From Pecten maximus (taxonomy: Eukaryota), in NCBI RefSeq assembly GCF_902652985.1, contig NC_047024.1, positions 25,730,001 to 25,794,000 of the forward strand: a DNA stretch of 64,000 bases, written 5' to 3'. Under the pieces are notes generated by a model. It made no database searches. It saw only the letters and a list, made by a program, of their open reading frames with translations, and was not told the origin of the DNA. This document shows, in pieces, positions 24,093 through 37,900 of this stretch (position 1 is the first letter of the stretch; every line of letters starts with the position of its first letter). The position numbers were made by a program, and so were the translations under genes.

Positions 24093-27000
24093 TTTAGACC
24101 ACATTAGCATGTCCCTAATATGAAAGTTGCTGCTAGACTCCATTTTTGATTTTGATGGTAGATATATATTTTTAGTATTGTAGTAGTTCTTAATATCTTT
24201 TTTAAGTCTCTCTATGTTTACATGCCACATTTTACACGCTGTCTGACGATTGCTGCAATATTGTATGTAGAATTAGTTAGTGTTGCAAATTAAGTGAAAC
24301 AGAATGTACTTATTCATCTCATTTGCATATTACTCACAGCTGTATGACGTACAAAATTCCAGTATGAACAATAACAAACCATTCATGTTATACATGACTT
24401 ACTTCGTAAAGTCGAAACTATGTCCACATTGTGATGAAATCTTTATATTGTCGACCATTGTGTCCAGACACTCCTTCAGCAAGGGACATATCTGTAAAAT
24501 TACGATGAACAATTATTTCTGTATTTCAACATCCTGAAACAACATCTACTACACCTTTATAACAAATCAGTAGTTAAACTTTACATGATCTTCTCTATTT
24601 ACACACGTCCGTGAGCGTCAAGACCGTGGGTTACCGACGTCCGTGAACGTCAGGACCGTGGGTTACCGACGTCCGTGAACGTCAGGGCCGTGGGTTACCG
24701 ACGTCTTGAACGTCAGGGCCGTGGGTTACCGACGTCCGTGAACGTCAGGGCCGTGGGTTACCGACGTCCGTGAACGTCAGGACCGTGGGTTACCGACGTC
24801 CATGAGCGTCAGGACCGTGGGTTACCGACGTCCGTGAACGTCAGGGCCGTGGGTTACCGACGTCCGTGAGCGTCAAGACCGTGGGTTACCGACGTCCGTG
24901 AGCGTCAGGGCCGTGGGTAACCGACGTCCGTGAACGTCAGGGCCGTGGGTTACCGACGTCCGTGAGCGTCGGGACCGTGGGTTGCCGACGCCCGTGAGCT
25001 TCAGGGCCGTGGGTTACCGACGTCCGTGAGCGTCAGGGCCGTGGGTTACCGACGTCCGTGAACGTCACGGCCGTGGGTTACCGACGTCCGTGAGCGTCAG
25101 GGCCGTGGGTTATCGACGTCCGTGAGCTTCAGGGCCGTGGGTTACCGACGTCCGTGAACGTCAGGACCGTGGGTTACCGACGTCCGTGAACGTCAGAACC
25201 GTGGGTTACCGACGTCCGTGAGCGTCAGGACCGTGGGTTACCGACGTCCGTGAACGTCAGGACCGTGGGTTACCGACGTCCGTGAACGTCAGGACCGTGG
25301 GTTACCGACGTCCGTGAACGTCAGGACCGTGGGTTACCGACGTCCATGAGCGTCAAGACCGTGGGTTACCGACGTCCGTGAACGTCAGGGCCGTGGGTAA
25401 CCGACGTCCGTGAACGTCAGGGCCGTGGGTTACCGACGTCCGTGAGCGTCGGGATCGTGGGTTACCGACGCCCGTGAGCTTCAGGGCCGTGGGTTACCGA
25501 CGTCCGTGAGCGTCAGGGCCGTGGGTTACCGACGTCCGTGAACGTCAGGACCGTGGGTTACCGACGTCCGTGAACGTCAGGGCCGTGGGTTACCGACGTC
25601 CGTGAGCGTCAGGACCGTGGGTTACCGACGTCCGTGAACGTCAGGACCGTGGGTTACCGACGTCCGTGAGCGTCAGGACCGTGGGTTACCGACGTCCGTG
25701 AACGTCAGGACCGTGGGTTACCGGCGTCCGTGAACGTCAGGACCGTGGGTTACCGACGTCCGTTAACGTCAGGACCGTGGGTTACCGACTATGCTTTTTA
25801 CACGGAATGGGAAAGTGATGATCCCATGTAGTTAAGATATTCTGAGTACAACAGTATTTAGGCGTAAGTCATTATCACTTCAATGATAAAGAGAGTAATT
25901 ATAGAGAATTATCACCGCTATTGAGGTCATGTTACAATATTGTTTTTTTTTGTTATTTGATCTCTCATCCTTCTAACTCCCTTCCCCGCTAATACGGGAA
26001 AACATCTGGAAAATCTGAGCTCGACTAAATAATTCGAGATATATAGACGGGGTACAGTGAAGAAAATTAGAAAATGTAAGTAAACCTAATTGTTGCTGTA
26101 TACGTATGTACCTAGACATACTTATAATGTAGCATACTTACCGTTTCTGGTTTACAAGCAATCAGATCTATCTGATCATACACGTTTTATCAGATCATGA
26201 GAGGAATACAATTATGAAAAAGTGAATTATGACGTCATAACGAAAATTCAAATGAAGCGATATGTTGTTATTATTCGAACCTTTCAAGTTAGCTAATGGT
26301 CATGACTAACTACTAAGTATATTGACCAATGAATATTAATGTGATGTCAAAAAAAAATTCAAGACTCCATTCTTATCAAAACATTGTCATCATTTATCAA
26401 AGTGATAAGCGACCTGTTGACTGGACTTCGACGAAATCATCCTTGACTGATGATAATAATTATAATACCTACAATTAATTATATTTTTTTCTCTCTTTCT
26501 TATTCTAATTCTTCTTTTACTCGTTTTTGCATTTAAAGATTTTTTTCAGTATTTTGGAGAAAATAATCAAAGCTGTTCGTGTAATTCTTGATGTACATGT
26601 GTATTACCTGCACGCGCAGTATACCGGTAACCAAACCAGACCATATAAATGATGCATTAGGCCTATAATCCATTTCACAACTAATTATACTAGACGAAAG
26701 TGAAATAGGACAGAATCAATTATCACAACATTATGGCATAATTGGAAAATTATTGTATGACCAATTATAGACCATGAACATTTCTTCCCTTTCTGAAGAC
26801 GGCGGTGCACACGTGCGTATGAAATAAACTACAGAGACCCCGCTGTTAATGACATCTCCCTTTACAAACCGGAAGGAAGGGTGCGTGGGTTGAAATATTT
26901 ACCTGTTCTATCTTATCCTTTGAAAACACGGAAACCAGTTTGTTTTTGAGAAATTTCCAGTGCATGTTATCTGCCATAGCCACAGCACACCCTAGAGTTC

Positions 27001-30000
27001 CACACATGTCAAAGGACGACTGTAAAGACAAAAGAATGAATAGCGATTAAATGTCATTTGTGTTTATTGATTATTTGCAACTTATTTTTCGGCATAGCCG
27101 TATAATATTCTTTTGGCCCGGATATGACGCGACAGGTGGCGTTACTGGTCAAGATGAAGTATGTGATTGGTCAATGTAGCGGTAAATGAAAAATGCAGAT
27201 ATGCAGTTAAAAACGAAACAAAGTCAAGATTGATTGCAAGCTGAATAAGTGGATGTATCTTTTCAAATAATACATTAATAAAATCATATTCCTGATTCAA
27301 ATGCAGTCTTGTTACCACCAAAAATCATTCAAACTGATATAATTTTGTTTTCTGTGCTGAAACACATTAGTTCGTTCATTTATTTCACCAGCAGTTTTAT
27401 GTTATAACCACCAGCATTAAAACTATGCCGTTTATCTTTTTTAAAGATATTTCTTGTTTTAACATGAATTGGTTGTTTACACAACGGAATTGCCCATGTT
27501 TTCTGACTAGATAACCTCTTACTCTTTTTCATAAGTTTTGATAGCACAATTTTTTTCACAAAGAAATGACGTCCCCAGTTTATTTAATGATACCCGAGTG
27601 GAAATGCGTTGTTTTTATGCAGCATTTGTAAAATACCTTGATCATATTAAACATATTTCCATTTCATAAAATGGAATGAAATCCCAAATAAGATCCCTTT
27701 ATGTTTTTAACGCCATCAACGGCTCTATGAAGCGGAATTGACGTAATTGTCATTTATCATATGCCAGAATAAATAATTAAATCAGCTGATCGCGTAGAGG
27801 ATACAGATAATGATATACAGTGTAGTTACATACTCTGTTGTATTCCAACCTCTCAGAGTGACAAACGAATAGATATAAATAATCAGCAATTTGCGGAATG
27901 AAATGGCATTCATATATACTGTATAGTTCAGTTGTACTAAGTTTTAATATACATAAATAAAACCAAACATACCGCTCTATTGATAAAAACATCTGATCTG
28001 TTGATGCAGATTTCTCTGATCATCTCTTGATCGGCTATTAATGTCACAGGGTTGTGTCCGTGGTAAATTCTGTAGGTTGAAATTCAAACTATAATCATTG
28101 GTTTATAATACTGTAAAGTTGGTGATATTCAACAGGAATTAAATTCGAAGTCATTAAATATAGCACGAAAATAAATATATTTTTAGCTTTTATCAATATA
28201 TACAAACAAATGTATATAAGTTTTTACTGTAGATTTTTCTATGATGTGGTTGCGCAAAATAAGGTTCGAAAGTGACAACCGCTAAATATTAGCCCGTGAA
28301 ATTTAATAACTACACAGTACGATAAATAGATATATCTAAAAGCAACATCATTTAAAAGAAAATATTTTCCAGAAATAAAAGTATTATTTATAGAATGTCA
28401 TATAAGGGAAATATTGTCGTTAGCTTAACAGCATATACGAAGGATTGTTCTCACACAGTACACAATCTGAAACATCACCATTAGACATATTTGCATAACT
28501 AACTACACTAACTAAATACTAGTCTGATAGGACTCCAGGTAAACTCGGAGTGCACTCAAAGTTTACCTGGGGTCCAAACGGATTGTACTCGCAGTGCACT
28601 TTGTGTAACCTTAAGTCTACACACAACTGTATGCTATTCCAGGAAATGATGGAGTAATTTTTATAAACATGTATACAGTGAGTTATAAGCTAATAAGTTC
28701 GAAACTATCGTAAGATGAGGATAGCTTTGTCATTGTAAGGAAACACTCAACAACATAAGTTTAAACTAGACAATAGATTTGAAACTTAATCAGTAAACAT
28801 GTTTTCACTCACCCAATAACTTTTCCATATGTTGATACCAGCTGAAAATCTGTCCAAGCTAAACCCTGAAAAATGTTAACAAAACTTAGCTTTTTTTCAT
28901 TTCGTCCCTTTTGTTTTATAAATCATAAATTGGTGTCAAAAACCTGTATTTCAAGTAAAAGATACCAACATTTCCAGGAAACATCATCATAAATTACACC
29001 CCATACTCTTACTATCTGTTAGAGCAAAGGTGTGTCAATCCAATATCAAGGATATCGATAAGAAACCCAAGGGTACATAAAGGAATAAACACATGTTTTA
29101 TGCAATCAGTGTTGTTTAATGATTTTATTAGTTTGTTGGCCCCATGATTAACCAGTGTCATTTTAAGGTTGGGTATCCTTGCAGTAGCTGGTGGCTACTT
29201 CTCTGAACAAAAGTGACATGCCCAAGGACACAATCACGTCAGCAACACATACCAATCCGTGTATCAGTTTCCTGAAAACCGCAAACCGCCACAGGTAGGG
29301 ACCACGCATTTCAGATCTTCACCTGATGTTACGTAGGTTTTTAAAATGAATTTAGGGGTCACCTTCAAGAAAAATACAGAACTGTTTCATTTCGTATGAG
29401 TGCCTCATGCTGTCTCCATTTCGTACACTCTATCATCTTGATCTGTCAACATTCCAACATAACGTATCGTATGGAGTCCTTTCTTAGTTGCCCCTATACA
29501 GCAATGGCGTCGGATTTCAGGAGAGACGGTAGCCTTGTCCTTTCATCACAAACATAACACTCAGGTCGCCTTCTCATTGTTAGCTTGACCCCATCTAACA
29601 TTTAAGTTTCACAAGTAGTTTTTAAACATATTATTTTTAATTTTGAAAGAGTTAAGATAACCATACAATATTTAAGGATCAAATGACACATATTATGAAG
29701 AAGTACATTACTTCTTAAGTGTGCATTCATGCCATGTTTGACGATAGAAACATTAAATAAATTGATAATCAATCAGGAATTTAATAATATATATCACCAA
29801 TGTTTTCCTCAGCTGTCCTTTATCTATAACTTATTGTATCTATTACAAGCAATCAGTTTAATCTGACAATGAGAGATAGGTAAAACTGATAAGTTTGTGT
29901 TTGTTAAATCAATCATTTGTTGTGACACTTATGAATGTGGATACGAAGTAACTTCTTGTGAAATACATTGAAAAAGCAGAAAGACAATAAAACGTGTGTT

Positions 30001-31916
30001 CAAAATATAACAAGCGATGTCGCGTAACTTCCTCATTTCATTCTTTTCAAACCGACATTTAAGTCAGCGACATACATCCCGTTTGAAAACGAGTTCATAT
30101 TTTTTTCTCAGTAATTTCATCAAACATGTCTAGTCAGTTTGTACAGCATTTATACAGCTCGCAATATTGTCCAATTAAACCTAAGCCATTTTATACAAGC
30201 CAAATATTATCAATTAAACAAAATGTAATTGTTATCATTACTCAATATTATCTTATATAAACCAAATATGGATGTTTTTTTAAAACCAAATATCAACATT
30301 TTAAATCATTCATAAACCAAATATAAGTGTACACACCAAATATATCATTATGTACATGGTTTTGTGAAAGAAGCGATATCAATTAATTAAACTTTTTTCG
30401 TATGTGTAATATAAATATGGTTTCATAAATTTTATGTTGAAGATATCATTAAACTGATATACTTACATCTTTTTTGTAACAGGGTAAAATACCAAATATA
30501 AATTTGGGTTTAGGTCCAGGAACACCAAGCTTTGTGAATAAACTGTGCTTCCATTTACTGTACCTGTAACGATATAGCAGAAAGGCAGGTAAACGTCAAA
30601 TAAGGATTACAGAACAGGACAACTACATAGATAAAAAAAAATGTCTCGATTCACTGTGGAAAAATTGAAACTAGCAATATAACACCTGAATAAAGATACA
30701 GATTAGCCCCACAATGAATTGGCACAACAACAATACTTGTCAAAGAAACAATAGAAAGCAACTACAATTAGTGCAATCATAATTCATGGTTCTAAATGAA
30801 AAATATGATTCTCGCTAAAATGTTAGTGTCCCTAAAATGTTAGTTTCCCTAAAATATGATTGTCACTAAAATGTGATTGTCCCAAAAATATGATTGTCCC
30901 TAAAATGTGATTGTCACTAAAATGTGATTGTCACTAAAATGTGATTGTCCCTCAAATGTGATTGTCCCTAAAATATGATTGTCACTAAAATATGATTGTC
31001 GCTAAAGATCCATGTCTAAATCATTGTTTATCATTTACATTATTATATGAGGCGACTAATGTGGAGAGGTTGGATTTTGATGAATCAAAACCGTTCGGCT
31101 TTATATGTTACAATAGTTAGAACCATAATCTTTTCTAATGTATGCTAATTGTGTCTCTCTTAACACACATAGTGTATACATGTATATTCATTGTCAACCT
31201 TGTGATCCTGTATTGGGTCGTTGGGTCGAGGAAACGTTAAGAATATATCATATCTCTGATATCAAAGATCATACATTTGAAAAAAAATGATAAAAAGCTA
31301 TTTCATAATAGATATCACGATGCATTACTGTTTGCGTTTGAAAGTCATAAGGAGCTGTCATTGGTGATTGGCAACGCCGAATTGCTCCTCTCCACTGTGA
31401 AACTTCACACCTTCGATACATAAATATGACACTTCACACTTACCCACTACATTTGCAGGAGGCAAACCAGACGTTTTAATGGGGACCCTGATGAAACAAG
31501 TTAAAAGGAAGAGATACCCATCCCATGTATTGCTATTGGAGCAGCATATCAGAGTCTCTATCTTCCTTGTAAGGCAAATGAAATATATTATACCGTGTAT
31601 GGGATCATATTTAATTCATCAATCATTTTAAAAAATCCGTAATTTGCGCATAATATTTTTCATAATATGATTCAGAAAAGGATTATGTTTCAGAAGCATA
31701 CATGAATTAATATAACTTTTTATAGGACAATATTACAAGATCTCCTAGTCTTTCAAGTATTTGTTACATCTTACATACACCCATACAATGTTAAAAGCTA
31801 CTATGTAGAATATTTTAAATCATCGTTAACTTTTATCATTATGTAGAATATTTTAGATCATCATTATGTAGAATATTTTAGATCATCGTTAACTCTATCA
31901 TTAAGTAGAATATTTT

Positions 31917-31970
<54 letters not shown>

Positions 31971-34900
31971 GTTTCCAGATATGTTGATTTCTCTCTTGAG
32001 ACAGGTGATTGGCTCCTGCTTTGTAATAGAAAAGTTCATCTCTTCTGCCATACATTCCCTAATGATGACTCATTTCCCTAATTAGATAGTTACGTAAAAG
32101 AAGAACCAAATTGAGAAAATCTACTAAAAGATAAAATAATTTCACACATTATGAAAAATCATGTATTGAAAAACTACAACTCTGTGTATCAGAACGTCCA
32201 CAAAAATAGCGCTACATCCTTGCTGAAGCAAAAGATTGGAATTTTATGGATATTTCCCAATGTTAAATTCAAACAGCTAGCATAATCACATAACTATCAT
32301 CTACTTTTTAGTCCACTTTAGAAACCTCTCCTTTACCAATGATTGCATAAAAAGACACACAACTTATTAGTACCCTTCCAAATGATATGAGTTATACACA
32401 ATTGGGTCAAACTGAATTTAACTGTAAGTGACATCATACAGCTGTTTCGTCCTTCTAGGACTCGTCAGTGATGTTAGTGGCCTTATACAGCTATTTCGTC
32501 CTTCTAGGACTCGTCAGTGATGTTAGTGACATCATACAGGTGGTTCGTCCTTCTAGGACTCGTCAGTGATGTTAGTGACATCATACAGGTGTTTCGTCAT
32601 TCTAGGACACGTCAGTGATGTTAGTGACATCATACAGGTGGTTCGTCCTTCTAGGACTCGTCAGTGATGTTAGTGACATCATACAGGTGGTTCGTCCTTC
32701 TAGGACTCGTCAGTGATGTTAGTGACATCATACAGGTGTTTCGTCATTCTAGGACACGTCAGTGATGCTTAAGACCTCAATCTATCACAAGAGATGGTCA
32801 AAAACTCGAAATAGGTCAAAAGAAATGATGCAAAAGATCCGTTCTTATAATGAATTTAAATAAATTTGATCATTTTCAATGTTGCTTTTCCAAAGACCTT
32901 TAAGTACATGAGCTAATTCTGAACCAAAAGTTGAAATGTAATGTTTAATATCCTGTTTATATTTTGGAATATAAATTGAGAAGAGAAGCCTTGAAAAGGG
33001 AGAATATGACCAGGTGTTCCGGAAGAGCAAGCATCTTTAATGCAAATCTAGGTAAACTTCCGGTATAATCACGACCGAGTTTAAGGACAGATATCACCTT
33101 CCAAAAATGTCCGGAAAATAGTAATTTGTATTGACTAACGTCCTGTCAGTATTCAGAAGGTGTCAGTTAATGTCCATACTCACGACAAACACTAGGTCAT
33201 ATATCCCCGTCACTACAGACACACATTTGGGGAAATGACTGGTTCACACGAATATGTTATACATGGCGTTTCATTGAAACCTTTACTGGAGTATGATATA
33301 TAAACTATTGTCGTGCATTAAGGTCCGAGGCTTTCGTGATGGCTAACAAACAACTATAACTACAAATCAAATTTACATACAGATTTTACTGTACGTTATT
33401 ACTTCTTGTGTTTCATAAGATGCCCTAGAAATGTTGTACCGCAACGCTAAATTACAACGAAATGACCTAGAAAGTTCACATCAAGAAAGAAATATTCCAC
33501 GAATATTTAGTGACATACAATTCCTTTTGATGTTTCAGCGCTCAATTAAATGCACATGTAAACGAAAAGCCCATTCAGATATCAGTATAATTGACCGTGA
33601 GAGATGTTATACCAGATTTTGTTTTTATTGAATCACAATATTCTTTTTAGCACGTCAGCTTTTGAAGCAGGTCAACAATTTCATTTTAACACTCAAACTA
33701 AAACTCAATACATACATGTTTTCGTTCGATACTTGTGTAGATTTTGAACACGCAAACTCTTCATCACGTGATGAAAATCCTTGTCGAATACAATAGAATT
33801 TAATTTTGTGTGCGTGAGGCCAACGTTGCTTTTTGATTTTACGACACCTCGATTTTTCTTCGTTCCCTATGTCGACACGACAAAGAGAGAATGCACTTTT
33901 ATAAACCTGAATCGGTGCGTTGTGGCCAATGCCTGAATCATTTATTGCTATTGTTACTAATTATCTGATAAAAATGGTCATCTGAAATATATCAATCAGA
34001 CTATAAATTGCAACATAACATATTATTATATACGAAATAAGACTATTTTGATTTTTACATCAACGGAAATTGATAAAGACATGAACTTTCACCTGAGACT
34101 GAAACTGCATGACAAAACATATTACTGTATAACGGTATAAAAATTATATTGTTGTTATGGAATATTCATAGTTCTATAAATAGCAGTGACAATAAGTAAC
34201 CGGTTCTTGTTTTACGCCTCCATATTTTTATAAAATAAACCGAACCTAGAGAGTGGATGAAAACGCGTGCGTAGGCGAGACGTTCCAGGATATGAGACAT
34301 AAAACAAACAAAGTGCCCATGACAACTAATCCAACATGCCAACATCATCCTAATCCTCTGGTTTATACCGCAGGTATGCAGGATACACTATGTTGATCAA
34401 GAAGTACTATTAATTGGACGTAAAAAGACGTAAAAGTACCGTGTACATGTGTACTTAAAACCATATGTTTGATATTTATATGAAGCCTATATTAAATTAT
34501 TTGGTGAAATCTTCATTCCATGTATAAACCGGTTTGTTGTGCTTATATTATATACATAGTCTAGTTTCACGAAAAACCTTGTTAATAGAGCTGTTCCCCA
34601 ATGTCAACATTTAGAGTTATCGCCCGCGTTTCACCGCTAGATGCCACTACGTTAATGCATACTTTATTCTAGTAAGAATTATTGAAATACTAATTACTAT
34701 AAAGTGCTACTATCGATTTTCCCTTATACCTTCCTTTTATTGCGGCTGTGGAGTTTGATATAATCACCAAACCCCTGAATGTTTTTCATTGTTTGTAGTA
34801 TCAGTTAACAATTTTGGTACCAAATTTAACGTTATTGTTGTGTAATATAGCGCTATCTTATGTAATCATATTTGATGACGTCACAAAGTCTGTGACGTCA

Positions 34901-37900
34901 TAATGTTTGTGGTCAGATTAAACGCTGAAACGGAGCTAGCATAGCGTTGTTGTTTCCCTAATTTACATAACATAATTGGTGCCGTGACTAGTTAAATTGG
35001 CAACATTCATCCCGATACCTAAAATACTTAAGATGTTGTTAAACGATTGATTTATGAAAAGACACGTTTTATCTTTAATTAAGTTAGTCTGTTTTTGTAC
35101 AAAAAAAATTACAAATACGTGAAAATGCGAAATAAATTAAGCATTAGCACTGTTCTGTGGTAAAACGTAGACTTTATTTATTTTACAACAATTGCGAAAC
35201 AACTTATTTACTGCTCTGTGGTGACGTGTCTGGAGTAGAGTTGTTATTGGAATCATTTTTATACAACTTCCCATCTCCTAATCTATAAAAATAAGCATAA
35301 CTGAAGCCCCATTGAGGTAGTTACACAATAAAAGCCAGGACAAGATTATTGCTTTGGGTTATATAATATCCCGCATATCAATAAAAATGTCGGAGTGTTT
35401 ACAGAAGATCAGTCGTACAGAGCTCCCTTGTCTTGGCGGTTTGTGTTTCTCGGGAAGCTTAGAACGGTGGTGTCCTTGAACAAGACAACGTACCCTAGTT
35501 GCTCCCGTACCTTTCTCAGTGAGGTAACGACCTTCTACTAAAAGGAAACCCCGTCTTAAAATGACCCTGGCTGTTCACTGGGCGATTAGCCCAACAAGCG
35601 ACCCCTATATGTGACGCTTACTCGCAATAGCGGATTATTAATCATCTTATTATATGCTTCAGCGCTGAGCAAATGGTTTGGAAAGAAACCACACTGTACT
35701 TTTATACATCAACAAACTTTCCAGTGTAAATTATCCAACCGTCTCACAGGATTTTATATTTACATGAAAGCAATGATTAATTTGATTATTTTAAAAAGCT
35801 ACGGCTATGTATCGCAGATTGTGTGTAATTCGCTATTACTTGAGTCTTAGTTGTGGTTGAATCTGAAAAAAACGCATATCGTGACGCTTACACATCCGGA
35901 CGTCCTGGTCCTATATTCCCATTGTATTTTTACAAGGTTATCCTTGCAAATCTATATTCTGCTCATATTTTGTCCTCGATTCACTGAATTTGAATGTTGA
36001 TTATGGTTTCGTTATTATGTCGGTAATCTCGGAAATTGATTACAATGAATAGTCTACATTTTTTTTTTGTCAATGGAAAGTTACTGAGAGATACAGCGAT
36101 ATGTACGATATCCAGATGTAGAATACTGTAATTCAGTTCTTTATTATTTATGATACATGCAATCGACCCATAAAGTCATGCTTATGTCAATATTTGATCA
36201 AATAACATATAGCTTAAAAGCAATAGAGAGAAGAAACGGCATAATAAAAACCTCGTCACTCTCATATTGATAATGTACTTCAAAACAATTGAGAAAACCT
36301 AGCTTACAACAGAACAATAGTTCATAAAATACCAAGGACGATCAGCCTTGGGCTACAGACTACTTAGCGACCATAGAAGGTGGGGGATATGTTACTTTAA
36401 ACAATGTGCAGAGAAATTAACTGAAATTCCCAAGTAAGAAATTTCATGGATATCTAAAATAAATACATACATTCCTTATATGTACTTATTCTTGGTTTCC
36501 TGAACAGGGACATACTAGAACAATAATTCTAAAAATCGAGTAGATGACGGATTTACGCGAACGACATATCAAGCTAACAATGCTTTAACCAATGAGATCC
36601 CAGGAAGCAATCTCTAACAACATTAACGGTTAAAGTAGAATTTTTATTAGCTGTTATGAATTAATTGTTAGGTGTAATATAACAGGATGCTGCTGTTTAT
36701 AATTGTCAACATTCGGAGTCATACCGACTATTTATAGGGTAAACAACGGATTGCCTAATGTCGAGCAAAGACATCCGGGTAGTGGAATGTGATATTTTTC
36801 ACATTAGTATATGTATTTTATCATCCTTAAATTTACTTCCGGAATTCGGATTTAAATAAGTAGAACCTCGTTATCACAAAGTCAGTGGGGTCATGAAATA
36901 TCTTAAATCCAGAATATTCGAGATGACAGAGTTTATTTCAATATATGTTTATATATAAGCATAGTCTAGGAGATTGAGATGACAATGATTTCAATTTAGA
37001 TTTAACGTTTACATTTCCATTGGATGACATGAGTGAAAAGAACTAGATGATTTCTTTCTTTTTTTTATCTTTAACAATAAGAAAGTTTATCTTATAAAAA
37101 TATTTTAACTAATATATAGCTTGTAAACACAGATATAAATCACAAAGAATATACAATGGCTGAGATAGACACGACAATCTGTGTTTATCTAACTTCTATA
37201 CAGAATACATTACAATGTTTACGTCGAGACATGTGCTAATGGGCAATATGGCCCACAGTTAATAAAGAAATTTGAAATTGAAAAAAATCTTATTTTCGAA
37301 GCCAATAAGATCCTGGCTATATGTACAAACTCTGAACTCGTTCTCCACTTTGTAATTTCTATCGCTGTTCACGTATATTACGACTTTGTATATTATAACA
37401 TGTGCTAATGGGCAATATGGCCCACAGTTAATAAAGAAATTGAAATTGAAATTGAGAAGATATCAGATCAACAATGAACAGTGAATGCTGAATCATTATG
37501 ATTTAAATAAAACCTCACTGTGTAATTTACCGAACAATATTCTATTATCGTGTAACAAGTCCAAAACAACACGACAGGAAGTAAATATGAAAATGTTCAT
37601 TATCAAAAAGATAATTGTAATGTGTCATGCTTGAGTGAATCTACCCGGAAAAATCAACACTAGATCAATGAATTGAAATGTCGCGGAAGGATAAAATCTT
37701 CATTAAAATACATTATGATGATAAGTAGTCACTAGGGATATAACCATGCATGATTAATTATCACGTGTCATCAGTTACCATGCATGATTGGTTACCGTGC
37801 GTTGTAGGTGATAAAATGTCTTATTGAGATATACTCTCCAAACACCAAATCACCATGGAACGCTTGGAAATGTTTTCTGACTCACCTTCTCAAATTTATA

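Noticed and set aside
23991-24230. Poly-proline ORF
   Set aside because: Translation of the poly-G tract.
24605-25789. CRISPR-like array (32-bp repeats)
   Set aside because: Units are contiguous with no unique spacers, there are no cas genes, and the context is a eukaryotic intron. The same applies to the 31-, 35- and 49-bp arrays.
28530-28577. Structured ncRNA hairpin (ggactccaggtaaact...agtttacctggggtcc)
   Set aside because: An isolated 16-bp stem with no family motif; most likely a MITE remnant.
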